Source: an uncultured Planctomycetia bacterium
Lineage (GTDB): Bacteria; Omnitrophota; Gorgyraeia; 2-02-FULL-51-18
Direction: 5' to 3'
Length of the DNA stretch: 64,000 nt
Assembly (NCBI GenBank): GCA_964606485.1
Contig: CAZSGP010000005.1
Span: forward strand, 139,649-203,648
In this document: positions 19,974-29,661 of the stretch, in pieces
Layout of the letters: each line of letters starts with the position of its first letter
Numbering within the stretch: position 1 is the first letter of the stretch
Program-made: the position numbers and the translations under genes
Notes under the pieces: generated by a model
The model's input: the letters and a program-made list of their open reading frames with translations, nothing else
Told to the model about the DNA's origin: nothing
Database searches by the model: none

Positions 19974-20840
19974 CTATTCCAGCTTACAAACAAAAACTGT
20001 CAGTGATTTATTTTTCTGAAATTTCCTGGCCGCTTTTTCAGCTGTTGAACGCGACAAAAACAAACCAAAAACCGTAGACCCGCTGCCGGACATCAGTGAC
20101 GAAAATGCACCGTTTTCCAGCAGTTCTTTTTTAATTTTAAAAATTTCTATAAGCTCTTTATTTTCAACAGCTTCCAGACTATTAAAAACACAGTCTTTCA
20201 GCCCTAAAAAATTGCGCTTTTTGAGGCAGCGGACGAGCATTCTAACATCGGCCCTAGGGGGTGTCAAGAAAGGGGGTTTTAAGCTCTGATACGCTTGTTG
20301 TGTCGAAATCCCAAAATGGGGTTTTACCAGTAAAACCCAAGGTAGCGATCCTCTAAACGGGATTTTTTTGAGCTTCTCCCCACGTCCTTTGGCGAGCGCA
20401 AATCGGCTGTTTAGAATAAAAAAAGGTACATCACTTCCTAACTCCGCACCCAAATCTAGCAGTTTTTTTTGGGAGAGCCCAAGCTTCCATAGCTTATTGA
20501 GACCAATCAAGGTCGCTGCGGCATCGCTTGATCCTCCTCCAAGACCGGCCCCGACCGGAATCCGTTTTTTGAGCGTAAGGGCGACCCCCGCTTCAACCCC
20601 ATAACGCTCTTTCAAAAGAAGAGCCGCTCGGACCACTAGGTTCTTCGAATCTTTTGGAATTTCACGTGAAGACGTGCGAAGAGAGATTTTCCCTGCTGTT
20701 TTTTTAAACACAAGATCATCTTTTAGGCTGATACGTCCAAACAGCGTTTCAATTTCATGAAAACCGTCCGGCCGTTTGCGCAGAACTTTTAGGAGGAGAT
20801 TAACTTTGGCTCGAGCAGAAATGGAAAAACTATTGGACAT
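19974..20840 (-). CDS. ispE: 4-diphosphocytidyl-2-C-methyl-D-erythritol kinase
   Basis: GHMP kinase motif PVGAGLGGGSSDAAATL. The N-terminus reads SISARAKVNLLLKV, and the start is placed at the internal MSNSF. Confidence 0.8.
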   Translation of the reverse strand: MSNSFSISARAKVNLLLKVLRKRPDGFHEIETLFGRISLKDDLVFKKTAGKISLRTSSREIPKDSKNLVVRAALLLKERYGVEAGVALTLKKRIPVGAGLGGGSSDAAATLIGLNKLWKLGLSQKKLLDLGAELGSDVPFFILNSRFALAKGRGEKLKKIPFRGSLPWVLLVKPHFGISTQQAYQSLKPPFLTPPRADVRMLVRCLKKRNFLGLKDCVFNSLEAVENKELIEIFKIKKELLENGAFSSLMSGSGSTVFGLFLSRSTAEKAARKFQKNKSLTVFVCKLE

Positions 20841-21831
20841 TCCCGCCGCTCGCGGTTGCCGGAGCCTGAGGCGCATCGGCAGAATCTTGAGTCAGATCGA
20901 AACCGAATAATCTTATGCCTCCTTGAGGGTAAGACGTTTCGGCAACATACCGGTCGAGCAATTCTTCGTCGGTAATTTTCTTGGCTTTATAATCTAAAAA
21001 AATAGCCCGCGTGACAGTCAGCTTTTGGCGATTCAAGTAATCCTCAACTTGAATTTCATTAAAATCGTCGTAGCGGTAAGCGTTCAGAGTTTCGAGGGCA
21101 GATTTAAAAACCGCTAAAATCGTTTCGTGCGGCTCTTCCGCTTTTAAGGAGACGATCGAAAAATGAAAAATTCGTTTACCGGAAACTCTCCGGTAGGCAC
21201 CTTCCACTAAAATCGTTAACTGCTGAGACTCCTCATCGTCTTTTTGATTTTTGGCAAATCCGTAACGCGCGCGCTGAGCGATTTGTTGAGCTAAAAACAT
21301 TTCTTTGGTTATATCTCTCATGACAAACGCTTTGGAATTTAGCGCGGAAAATTTCCCTTGGTTGATAACCGTGCGGCGCATGGCTTCTTCGACGCCAAGC
21401 GCATCGGCGTACGCGCGGCGGATATCATCCAGCGAACGGATCAGCGATAACTCCGTTCCGTGCACGCGGTCGCGGATATACACCACACAGTAATCTAGCG
21501 GCCGGTCGGTCGAAAGCGCTACGCGCGTAACCGCCTGCATCACTTTTCCCATCGCGTCATTCACGTCCTTCGTCATGGCAAGATGCGGGTCAAGCGACCC
21601 ATCCATGTAAAGCAAGGCTCCGGCGGTTTTACCCACCACGCGGGCGGTGACGTCTAATTTATTTTCTTTCTTACAAATTGTTTCGATGGATTTTGGAACG
21701 GTGTCCGCAGGATACGAATATTTGGGACCGCAGCCGGAAAAAGAAAATAAGCAGAATGCGCTAAGCAGTAAGCAAAATTGATTTCGCCACTCGCCTATCG
21801 CTTTCTGCTTATTGTCAGCCTTTCGGAACAT
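20830..21831 (-). CDS. Hypothetical lipoprotein
   Basis: The probable start is [10 protein letters not shown]...LLLSAFCLFSFSGC, a lipobox-like signal. No recognisable catalytic motifs were found. Confidence 0.4.
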   Translation of the reverse strand: MFRKADNKQKAIGEWRNQFCLLLSAFCLFSFSGCGPKYSYPADTVPKSIETICKKENKLDVTARVVGKTAGALLYMDGSLDPHLAMTKDVNDAMGKVMQAVTRVALSTDRPLDYCVVYIRDRVHGTELSLIRSLDDIRRAYADALGVEEAMRRTVINQGKFSALNSKAFVMRDITKEMFLAQQIAQRARYGFAKNQKDDEESQQLTILVEGAYRRVSGKRIFHFSIVSLKAEEPHETILAVFKSALETLNAYRYDDFNEIQVEDYLNRQKLTVTRAIFLDYKAKKITDEELLDRYVAETSYPQGGIRLFGFDLTQDSADAPQAPATASGGNVQ

Positions 21832-23449
21832 ACTTCTCGGAAATACGGGGATTCGCTTTTCCGTATTCCTTAAAAATAGCTTCAATCTCGTCGTAATCAA
21901 GCTCTTGCTTTTCAATCAGCTCTTTTGCAAAACGCTCGAGAAGAACATTTTCTTTGCGCAGTAAATCTTCAACCGTCTTCAAGCAGTTCTGAATAATTTC
22001 CTGGGTCTCGGAATTTAATTTTTCTTTGATGTTATCCGACAATTGATCCGCTGGAATCACGGTGTAATCGCCCAAAAGCTCTGACTTGCCCATACCCACT
22101 CGCCACACCATGCTATGAGCGAGCATCATCGCCTTTTTAAAATCGTCTGCGACACCGGAAGACGTGACGCTAAATTTAATTTTCTCAGCAACATAACCGC
22201 CCAACATCACACAGATGTCCGCTTTCAAGCGGTCGCTGTTATGCGAAAAATCTTCTTCTTTGGGGAGCGAATACGTCACGCCGAGCGCTCCGCCCCGCGG
22301 AATAATCGACGCTTTAAAAACGTCGTTGATCGGATGCATCAAATACGTCACGATCAAATGACCGGTTTCGTGATAAGCCGTCGACGCTTTTTCTTTGTCG
22401 CTCATTTTCATGTGCGTTTTAAGACCCAAGTCCACGCGCTCGAGCGCCTCCGCCAAATGATCGGACGTAATCGTGTCATTTTTACCGCGAGTGGCGATGA
22501 GGGCCGCTTCTTTAATGATATTGGCGATGTCCGCAGGACTCTTACTCACCGCTTTTCTGGCGAGTCTAGCCACGTCAATATTCGGATCAAATTTCACCTT
22601 GGTTAAGTAATAACGGAACAGTTCCTCGCGCTCAGCTAGGTCCGGCTTATTCACAAAAATTTTACGGTCAAAGCGTCCCGGTCTTTGAAGCGCTTCGTCC
22701 ATGGATTCTTGAGGAGCGTTGGTAGCGCCGATGATGATGACGTTTTCATCTTTTTCGTTTAAGCCATCCATCTCCGCCAAAAGTTGGTTTTGAGTGGAGT
22801 TAGTTTCTTCGGTACCGCCGAATGCGCTAAAAACACGCTTTCTAGCAATAGCGTCGATTTCATCAATGAAAATAATACAGCCGCCTTCAGCGTAAGCCAG
22901 GCGTCTTGCTTTTTGGAAAAGCTGACGCACGCGCGAAGCGCCCACCCCGACAAATACTTCGACAAATTCAGAACCCGACATTGAAATAAATGGAATGCCT
23001 GCTTCGGTCGCAACGGCTTTCGCAAGATACGTTTTTCCGCAGCCAGGAGGCCCCATCATGAGCATGCCGCGGATAATATTTCCGCCAATTTTTTTAATGC
23101 GGGCTCGGTCTTTAATGAGTTCGACGATTTCTTTGGCTTCTAGCTTTGCCGAATCCATGCCGATCACGTCTTTCCAATGGATTGCGACCTGATCGCCCTT
23201 AATTTGGTTTTTCTTGAGCTTCTGCAAACCACCCTGCAAAACCCAAGAATACAAAACAACGAAGATAACCGCGCTGATCGTAGCCTGCAATCCCATTGTG
23301 GAAAGCCATGCCACCATGTAATCGCGCTGGTAACTATCAATTCCTTTAAGCGCCGCGACGGGTATCCAGAAAATAAAAATGACCCAGGCCGCAACGACAA
23401 TCTTGACCCAGTGATTCCACCAAAATAGTTTGAATTTTCTCCAGAACAT
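21815..23449 (-). CDS. ftsH: Membrane-anchored AAA+ zinc metalloprotease FtsH (short periplasmic region)
   Basis: 544 aa, with an N-terminal TM helix, Walker A GPPGCGKT, an SRH region and zinc-binding HETGHLIV. Confidence 0.85.
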   Translation of the reverse strand: MFWRKFKLFWWNHWVKIVVAAWVIFIFWIPVAALKGIDSYQRDYMVAWLSTMGLQATISAVIFVVLYSWVLQGGLQKLKKNQIKGDQVAIHWKDVIGMDSAKLEAKEIVELIKDRARIKKIGGNIIRGMLMMGPPGCGKTYLAKAVATEAGIPFISMSGSEFVEVFVGVGASRVRQLFQKARRLAYAEGGCIIFIDEIDAIARKRVFSAFGGTEETNSTQNQLLAEMDGLNEKDENVIIIGATNAPQESMDEALQRPGRFDRKIFVNKPDLAEREELFRYYLTKVKFDPNIDVARLARKAVSKSPADIANIIKEAALIATRGKNDTITSDHLAEALERVDLGLKTHMKMSDKEKASTAYHETGHLIVTYLMHPINDVFKASIIPRGGALGVTYSLPKEEDFSHNSDRLKADICVMLGGYVAEKIKFSVTSSGVADDFKKAMMLAHSMVWRVGMGKSELLGDYTVIPADQLSDNIKEKLNSETQEIIQNCLKTVEDLLRKENVLLERFAKELIEKQELDYDEIEAIFKEYGKANPRISEKYVPKG

Positions 23450-23475
23450 TTGTCAGGGCTCCTTAAATTGAATTT

Positions 23476-23514
23476 AAAAAGAGACAAAAGGGGTAAGCGA
23501 CGTGCGCTCACCCC
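23476..23514 (-). terminator. Candidate rho-independent terminator downstream of the hisG / small basic peptide gene
   Basis: GC-rich hairpin ggggtaagcg-acgtg-cgctcacccc (23490-23514), followed on the minus strand by UUUUGUCUCUUUUU. Confidence 0.4.
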
Positions 23515-23523
23515 TTTTGATAA

Positions 23524-23616
23524 TTAGTGGTTCTTCTTATGTCTATCGCGGCGGCGGCGTTTCTTTCTTTTGTGAACCGCCATTTTATGCCGCTTTCTCT
23601 TTTTTCCGCAGGGCAT
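23524..23616 (-). CDS. 30-aa highly basic peptide, possibly a bS22-like small ribosomal protein
   Basis: Minus-strand ATG at 23616 preceded by AAGGAG, 8 nt upstream. It translates as MPCGKKRKRHKMAVHKRKKRRRRDRHKKNH, then a TAA stop. The KKRKR..KM..HKRKKRRRR pattern resembles the bS22/mS38 family. It is below the 60-aa ORF-track threshold. Confidence 0.45.
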   Translation of the reverse strand: MPCGKKRKRHKMAVHKRKKRRRRDRHKKNH

Positions 23617-23630
23617 TTGACTTGCTCCTT

Positions 23631-24515
23631 TTAGTAAATAACTTTATTCAATGGATACTCTATAATCCCCTCAGCCCCAGCTTCTTTCAGCTTTGGGATC
23701 AAGTCTCTCACAATCTTTTCGTCAATAATAGTATCGACATCCACCCAACCTTTGGTCGCGAGATTTGAAACGGTTGGTTGCTTCATGGCCGGCAAAAGCG
23801 AGATTACTTTTTTTAAGTTTTCCTCGTTCACATTCATCTTAAGGCCAACCTTAGACTTGGCGTTGATGGCTCCTTGGAGCAGCAATCCAATTTTTTCCAT
23901 CTTGCAGCGCTTGTCTTTATTCTCCCATGCTTTTTTATTGGAGATGAACTGCGTATTCGAATAACACAGCGTCTCGACGATGCGGAGATTGTTGGCTCTT
24001 AGCGAAGAGCCCGTTTCCGTGATGTCTACGATCGCATCGACCAAGCCAGACGCCACTTTCACCTCGGTGGCTCCCCAACTAAACTCTACATCAGCCTTGA
24101 CCCCTTGGGATTTTAAGTATTTTTCGGTGAATCCTTTGAGCTCGGTGGCAATCCGCTTTCCTTCTAAATCTTTCACGGACTTAATGTTAGAGGAATTTGG
24201 AACCGCCAATACCCAGCGCACAGAGTTCATGCCGGACTTCGCGTAAATGAGTTCCTGAACCCGCTGAACATCGGAACCATTCTCCTGAATCCAATCTTCG
24301 CCGGTAATCCCGCAGTCGAGCGCTCCGTCTTGGACGTAGCGGGACATTTCTTGTGCGCGAATGAGCACCGGCTCAATTTCTGCGTCATCAATATAGGGAA
24401 AGTAGGACCGAGAACCGACACTGACATTGAAGCCTGCTTTTTTAAAGACTTCAAAAGTCGACTCTTGTAAACTACCTTTTGGCAAACCTAGTTTAAGCTT
24501 AAATGCTTCTGGCAT
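23631..24515 (-). CDS. hisG: ATP phosphoribosyltransferase, long form
   Basis: 294 aa. [29 protein letters not shown], with a C-terminal regulatory domain. Confidence 0.85.
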   Translation of the reverse strand: MPEAFKLKLGLPKGSLQESTFEVFKKAGFNVSVGSRSYFPYIDDAEIEPVLIRAQEMSRYVQDGALDCGITGEDWIQENGSDVQRVQELIYAKSGMNSVRWVLAVPNSSNIKSVKDLEGKRIATELKGFTEKYLKSQGVKADVEFSWGATEVKVASGLVDAIVDITETGSSLRANNLRIVETLCYSNTQFISNKKAWENKDKRCKMEKIGLLLQGAINAKSKVGLKMNVNEENLKKVISLLPAMKQPTVSNLATKGWVDVDTIIDEKIVRDLIPKLKEAGAEGIIEYPLNKVIY

Positions 24516-24630
24516 AAGAAGTCGGAGTATAACACGCTGTCGTTCTGATTGTCAATTTTGGGAAAAAAACTATTGCAAAATTATAATAAAACTAGTAAAA
24601 CTATACTAATTCTAATTAAGGATAAATAGG

Positions 24631-26379
24631 ATGACTCTAAAGTTCGCTTCTAAAGCCTTCTTACTCGCTTTTATCATGAACCTGGGCATCTTATACAGCG
24701 CTCACGCTGACACCGCTGTCAGCGACGACACTCAAAACCAGATTGTTTCGCAGTCTGAAAACTTGCGCAAAGAAATTCAGAGAGAAAAGTTCAAGCCCAC
24801 CGAAAAACCGGAAATCGTGGTTGATGAAAAAACTGAAACTCCCCCCGGCGAGGAAGGCCCTGAATTTTTAGTCAAAAAAATCAATATAGAAGGCTCAACT
24901 CTTTTCAAGGAGTCTGATTTTTCAGAATATTTAAAAGAGTATGAAGGCCAAAAGGTTTCTTTTGGAAAACTCAGAAAATTAGTCCAACTCGTCACCAATC
25001 ATTACCGCTCTCGCGGGTATCTCACAAGCCGAGCTTATATCCCCCCTCAAAAAATGGACAATGAAATCGTCACCCTAAAAATTATAGAGGGCAAAGTCGA
25101 TAAAGTTCTGGTTGAGGGTAACAAATATTTTAGCAGTCAAACTTACACGAACGCGATGAAGCTCAATAAAAGCAACATTTTCCGCTACCAAGATTTAGAG
25201 TCCAGTCTTTACGAAATTAATCAGAAGCCCGATCGCAAAGCCAAAGCCTATCTGCTTGCCGGAAAAGAAATTACAACGTCCGACATTTTGCTGAAAGTCG
25301 AAGAAACCAATCCCTTTCACGCCGCGTACGAGTACAACAATCACGGAACAAGCCTCACCCATCACGGCCGCCATGTGACACATGTGACGCATAATAATTT
25401 GACAAATCATGGCGATATTTTTGATGGTACTTATACACTAGCTAGTGAAGGCGCATTCGGCGGCGGCGCTTTTAATTATTCCTTTCCGCTGGAATCCACC
25501 GGCACAACGCTGGGACTTTCGGGAAGCTATGTGAATAGCTTGATCGTGAAACATTTAAAACCATTTGAAATTAAGGGAGACTCGAAATCCTTAACGCCTG
25601 AAATTACGCAAAGCATTATTCGTAAACCGGCGACGCAGTTTGACTGGAACTTAGCCTTTGAAATGAAGGACTCTAAAACACTGGTAAACGACGTTAAGGT
25701 AAATTTTGACCGCATGCGCGTGTTAAGAACGGGGCCGAGACTTTATTTGCAAGATGGGTCGGGGCGCAGCATTATTTCTTCGGATTTTCATTGGGGCATT
25801 CCCGATATTTTGGGCGGCTCTGAGGCGCGTGATTCAAATGCGAGCCGCTTGCAAACCGGCGGAGATTTCGTTTCTTTCTCGGGGTATCTTGCTCGCATTC
25901 ACCGTTTGCCGCAGTCTACCTTTCTAATTGCACGCGTTGGCGGACAATACTCGCCAGACTCACTCACTTCTCTGGAGCAGTACCGCCTTGGCGGTTACTC
26001 CACGGTTCGCGGGTATTCAGAATCTGATTCTTCGGGCGACTATGGCTACAACTTTAGCAGTGAGTGGCATGTTCCGTTCACGACAGCAATGCCGTATATG
26101 CCAAAAGTGTTTAAAGAATCCACCATTCCCTTCACGGACAAAAACTGGTTTAGCAGTACGCGCTTTGTACTATTTCTAGATGGTGGAAAATCTTATCTTC
26201 AAGATCGCGCAACCTCCACCACAGTCAAAGACAAATTTCTTTTAGGAACGGGTTTTGGTGTGCGTATGGAACTCGATAAAACATTTTCTCTTCAGTGCGA
26301 TCTAGGATTTGCCATCGGCGATGACCCGACGGCACACTCCGATCACCAACTGCATTTATCCGTTAAGGCTGGCTTCTAA
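24631..26379 (+). CDS. Two-partner secretion outer-membrane transporter (TpsB; ShlB/FhaC/HecB family)
   Basis: 582 aa, with a signal peptide, a POTRA region (KINIEGSTLF...LTSRAYIPPQ...IIEGKVDKVLVEGN) and a C-terminal beta-barrel. The RBS is aaggataaatagg. Confidence 0.8.
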   Translation: MTLKFASKAFLLAFIMNLGILYSAHADTAVSDDTQNQIVSQSENLRKEIQREKFKPTEKPEIVVDEKTETPPGEEGPEFLVKKINIEGSTLFKESDFSEYLKEYEGQKVSFGKLRKLVQLVTNHYRSRGYLTSRAYIPPQKMDNEIVTLKIIEGKVDKVLVEGNKYFSSQTYTNAMKLNKSNIFRYQDLESSLYEINQKPDRKAKAYLLAGKEITTSDILLKVEETNPFHAAYEYNNHGTSLTHHGRHVTHVTHNNLTNHGDIFDGTYTLASEGAFGGGAFNYSFPLESTGTTLGLSGSYVNSLIVKHLKPFEIKGDSKSLTPEITQSIIRKPATQFDWNLAFEMKDSKTLVNDVKVNFDRMRVLRTGPRLYLQDGSGRSIISSDFHWGIPDILGGSEARDSNASRLQTGGDFVSFSGYLARIHRLPQSTFLIARVGGQYSPDSLTSLEQYRLGGYSTVRGYSESDSSGDYGYNFSSEWHVPFTTAMPYMPKVFKESTIPFTDKNWFSSTRFVLFLDGGKSYLQDRATSTTVKDKFLLGTGFGVRMELDKTFSLQCDLGFAIGDDPTAHSDHQLHLSVKAGF

Positions 26380-26381
26380 AC

Positions 26382-29300
26382 TTATTTCCGCATTGGTTTT
26401 TCTGGCGAGATAATCGCAACCGCAGTCGCTCCGGGACCTCCGGCAATCGTATCCGTGAGTTTAGCATTTCCGTTTTGATCCATCTTCACAAGTGACACGT
26501 CTCCAGAAAGCGCATTGGCGATATAAATTTTTGCGGTGTCGACATCTTCGATCGCGCTCATTCCCGAAGGACGTTTCCCTACTGGAATCTTAGCTTTTTC
26601 GACTTTCAACTGAGTGTCGATTACTGAAAGCGTGTCTTCTGCGCGGTTCGTGACAAACAGATACTGATGAATCGCCTGAATTTTAAATGGCCCGGAACCT
26701 GACTTCAAGCGATGCTTCTCATTGAAATTGTTGGAATCAAAAACAATAATTTCGTTGTTGGCTGCGTCCGCTACGTACAATTCTTTAAACTCTTCGGAGA
26801 GCGCCACGCCGTAAGGCGCATCTCCGGCTTTGAGTTTGCTGATTTCTTTGCCGCTTTGAGCGTCCATCACCGACACCGTCCCATCGAGGGTGTTGGAAAT
26901 AATGAGCTTTCCGTCATCCGCCACGATCACCTGGGAGGGATTAGAACCGGTGTTCATGGTTTTCGTAACTTCGCCCGTCTTCACATCAATTTCCTTAACC
27001 GTGTCTTCGACAGAATTTGTCACATAAATTTTTTCTTGGTCCTTGCTCAGCGCAAGCGATGAATTGACACCGGACAATCCTTTTCCAGTGTCGATCGGAT
27101 CTTGCATTTCATTTTGAGACGCGTCGATCGGCGTGATATTTCCAGCAGCCGGAAACGCTGCGTACACGGTGTCGCCTTTTTTATTGGCCACCACATCGGT
27201 CGGCGTTTCACCGAGAGGAATTTCTTTGAGCGTATTGTGAACCGTGCCGCGCACGACTTTCAAGCCATCGGCCGTCGTCACATAAACCGAACGGACCTGT
27301 GCTTTGACACGCCCATAGGCGTCGATGCGCCCAACATCGCCTTGATACAGTAAATTTTCTTTGGGATCCGTTTTGCCGTCGATAGATTTTTTGTACGCCA
27401 CAACTCCCTCGGCCACGTAAACCGTGGATTCGGTGTCGGCAATCGCTTTCAAATCTTTTTTCTTCTTCGAATCGTTGTCGGAACTGGAATTCTTAGGTTT
27501 TGTGGATCCGCCGCCACCTCCACCAAACCCTAAAGAAGCGGCAGAGATAACCGGCAAAGTATTCACGGCTGCGATTCCCGCCTGGACGGCGTTAGCATTA
27601 TTGGCGGCCTCGATAGCGGGGCCGATATTGGAATTGCCAGTTCCGTAAGTGATAGGACCAGGACCTGGGGTAAAGTAAGCGCCCGTGTTATTAAAATCAC
27701 TCACCACCACGTTAGACCAATTCACGTTGCCCGCTGACAAACCTGAAAAATTAAATTGCGCACCGCCACCCGTAATCGTCACGGCCCCTGCACCTAAATT
27801 CGTTCCAGTAAGCGTAAAAGTATTCGGAGACAAAACGGAATAAGTTTCCGTCGCAAATTGAAGTGTCTTGCCGGCGGTCACACATTTCAAATCCCAAAAA
27901 TCAACGCCTTGGCTACCTGTGATAAAGCTCGTTCCGGCGGCGTTGTTAAATTCTATAATTCCGTTTCGATGATTAAGCGTGCCGCTAACGGAAATTAAAT
28001 TTCCACTAATAAGAAGCGTTTCAGCCGCAGCCGTATTGGCATCGTTGTCACCCGGAGCGTTAAATACAGGAGAATCCGCTCCGCCTCCGAGCGTGAAATT
28101 TCCTCCGACGGTTATATTATTCGCGCCGGATGTAAATATGAGCCCTGTGCCTGTAACCGATAAATCGCCTGTCATGGTAATGGCGTTATTGGCCGTAAAA
28201 GTCGGGGTCGCCGCGCCAAAGCCAGATTTACGAATCGTTAGATTTCCCACACCGGTGATACTTCTAAGTGTCGCATTTCCAGCAGATTGGAGAGCCAGAT
28301 TGAAGCCGGCCCCGACGATCGAAGAACCAGCGCCCATCGTAAATGATCCTGTGCCATTCCCATCGTCATCCGAGTTAAATTCCGTGTCACCCGTCAAGGT
28401 TAGAACTTGCGCCGCGTTGACAATAACATCGACGTTATCGGCCGTGATTCCTGTATAGTTTCCGGTGTTGAGATTGACAGCTCCATCAAGATTGTCTAAA
28501 GAAGCATGACCGACCCAATAATTTCCACCCAAGTTAAAAGCCGCGCCTCGTTCATAAAACTCATCTGTCTTTATCGTTCCTAGACTCTGAATACCCGTGT
28601 TCGAAACAAATTCAATTCGCCCATCCCGATCCACCGCACGCGACGCCTCCACAATTCCCGAATTGTTCACCAAGTGCGTGAACACATCATCTAAAGTTTT
28701 GAGGGATAGAATCACTTTCCCACCGTTGGCAATTAAGGAGCCTGTATTTTCAAGCGGTATTTCAGAACCCTGCGGCAAACTGATGCCCCGGTCCACCACA
28801 AGATTGATCAGATTATTCTCATCAAAGGAAATGGTTTGCTTTTCTCCCACTCCCAAAACCACCGAACCTGCATGTGCCGTGAGCACGCCCTCGTTTTTTA
28901 CCGACTCCGCGAGGAGCGCAATGTGTCCGCCATCTGCCGCAGTGATATCGGCTTGATTTAGAATGGCTCCGAAATTGGATCCATTTATTTTTTCGAACTG
29001 GAGTTCGCCGTTCATATAAAGAGAGCTCTGAATGTCGAGCGTAGAAGCAATCAAGCTACCCACTTGAACATTTGCAGAATCGTGAAAAGTGATGCCGTTT
29101 GAATTGACGAGAATGAGTTGGCCATTCGAAAAAAGAGACCCAAAAATATCAGAGCCTGAGCCTCCGTTAACACGACCCAAAAAATTTGCCCCATTAAAAC
29201 GCACGGTTTCATTGGCAGCTATATTAAAGGAATCAAAATTGACCACGGCGTGGTCATTGGTCGCATTGATGATTAAGGTATTGGCTTCGGACGTGCTATC

Positions 29301-29417
29301 GAAGGTAATATCTGATGATTCACCGGTATATCCTTGGGGCATTGCCCAAGATAGCGGAGTACCGATCTGCGCTCCAAAAAAACTAACCAGCATAAAAACA
29401 CTAATTAACTTTTTCAT
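26382..29417 (-). CDS. TpsA-type exoprotein: TPS (haemagglutination-activity) domain, Gly-rich linker and C-terminal YVTN-type beta-propeller
   Basis: 1011 aa, with a signal peptide and TPS-domain motifs (NATNDHAVVNFDSFNIAANETVRF, LVNSNGITF). It has a GGGGGG linker and repeated ...YVTNSVEDTVKEIDVKTGEV... units at the C-terminus. Confidence 0.7.
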   Translation of the reverse strand: MKKLISVFMLVSFFGAQIGTPLSWAMPQGYTGESSDITFDSTSEANTLIINATNDHAVVNFDSFNIAANETVRFNGANFLGRVNGGSGSDIFGSLFSNGQLILVNSNGITFHDSANVQVGSLIASTLDIQSSLYMNGELQFEKINGSNFGAILNQADITAADGGHIALLAESVKNEGVLTAHAGSVVLGVGEKQTISFDENNLINLVVDRGISLPQGSEIPLENTGSLIANGGKVILSLKTLDDVFTHLVNNSGIVEASRAVDRDGRIEFVSNTGIQSLGTIKTDEFYERGAAFNLGGNYWVGHASLDNLDGAVNLNTGNYTGITADNVDVIVNAAQVLTLTGDTEFNSDDDGNGTGSFTMGAGSSIVGAGFNLALQSAGNATLRSITGVGNLTIRKSGFGAATPTFTANNAITMTGDLSVTGTGLIFTSGANNITVGGNFTLGGGADSPVFNAPGDNDANTAAAETLLISGNLISVSGTLNHRNGIIEFNNAAGTSFITGSQGVDFWDLKCVTAGKTLQFATETYSVLSPNTFTLTGTNLGAGAVTITGGGAQFNFSGLSAGNVNWSNVVVSDFNNTGAYFTPGPGPITYGTGNSNIGPAIEAANNANAVQAGIAAVNTLPVISAASLGFGGGGGGSTKPKNSSSDNDSKKKKDLKAIADTESTVYVAEGVVAYKKSIDGKTDPKENLLYQGDVGRIDAYGRVKAQVRSVYVTTADGLKVVRGTVHNTLKEIPLGETPTDVVANKKGDTVYAAFPAAGNITPIDASQNEMQDPIDTGKGLSGVNSSLALSKDQEKIYVTNSVEDTVKEIDVKTGEVTKTMNTGSNPSQVIVADDGKLIISNTLDGTVSVMDAQSGKEISKLKAGDAPYGVALSEEFKELYVADAANNEIIVFDSNNFNEKHRLKSGSGPFKIQAIHQYLFVTNRAEDTLSVIDTQLKVEKAKIPVGKRPSGMSAIEDVDTAKIYIANALSGDVSLVKMDQNGNAKLTDTIAGGPGATAVAIISPEKPMRK

Positions 29418-29598
29418 AATAACCTTTATTAAAATTTACTAATAACTACTAATACTAATCAAATAGTACATTACCACTCCACTAAAATCAAGCCATCTTC
29501 TTAAATATTTTTTTGAACCTCCGCCGGTGCCAGAGGGGTCCGGCCCCCTAATTATTGTGTTTATTAACATTATTAAGCATGTATTATCATTTTGTCGC

Positions 29599-29628
29599 TT
29601 GATATCCCCCTTTGCCTCCTAGTATAAT
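29599..29628 (+). promoter_or_regulatory. Candidate sigma70 promoter (TTGATA, 18-nt spacer, TATAAT) for the 29662 gene
   Basis: ttgata at 29599-29604 and tataat at 29623-29628, about 33 nt upstream of the ATG. SD-like gagagg is present. Confidence 0.4.
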
Positions 29629-29661
29629 GACGCCCAACTTTAAGAGAGGCAGGGACTTAGA

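Noticed and set aside
24516-24630. A textbook sigma70 promoter in the AT-rich hisG/tpsB divergent spacer (ttgtca ... ttgcaa ... tataat).
   Set aside because: The spacing between the candidate -35 and -10 hexamers is 3 nt or 27 nt, and neither is compatible. The region is probably a promoter, but I cannot place the boxes.
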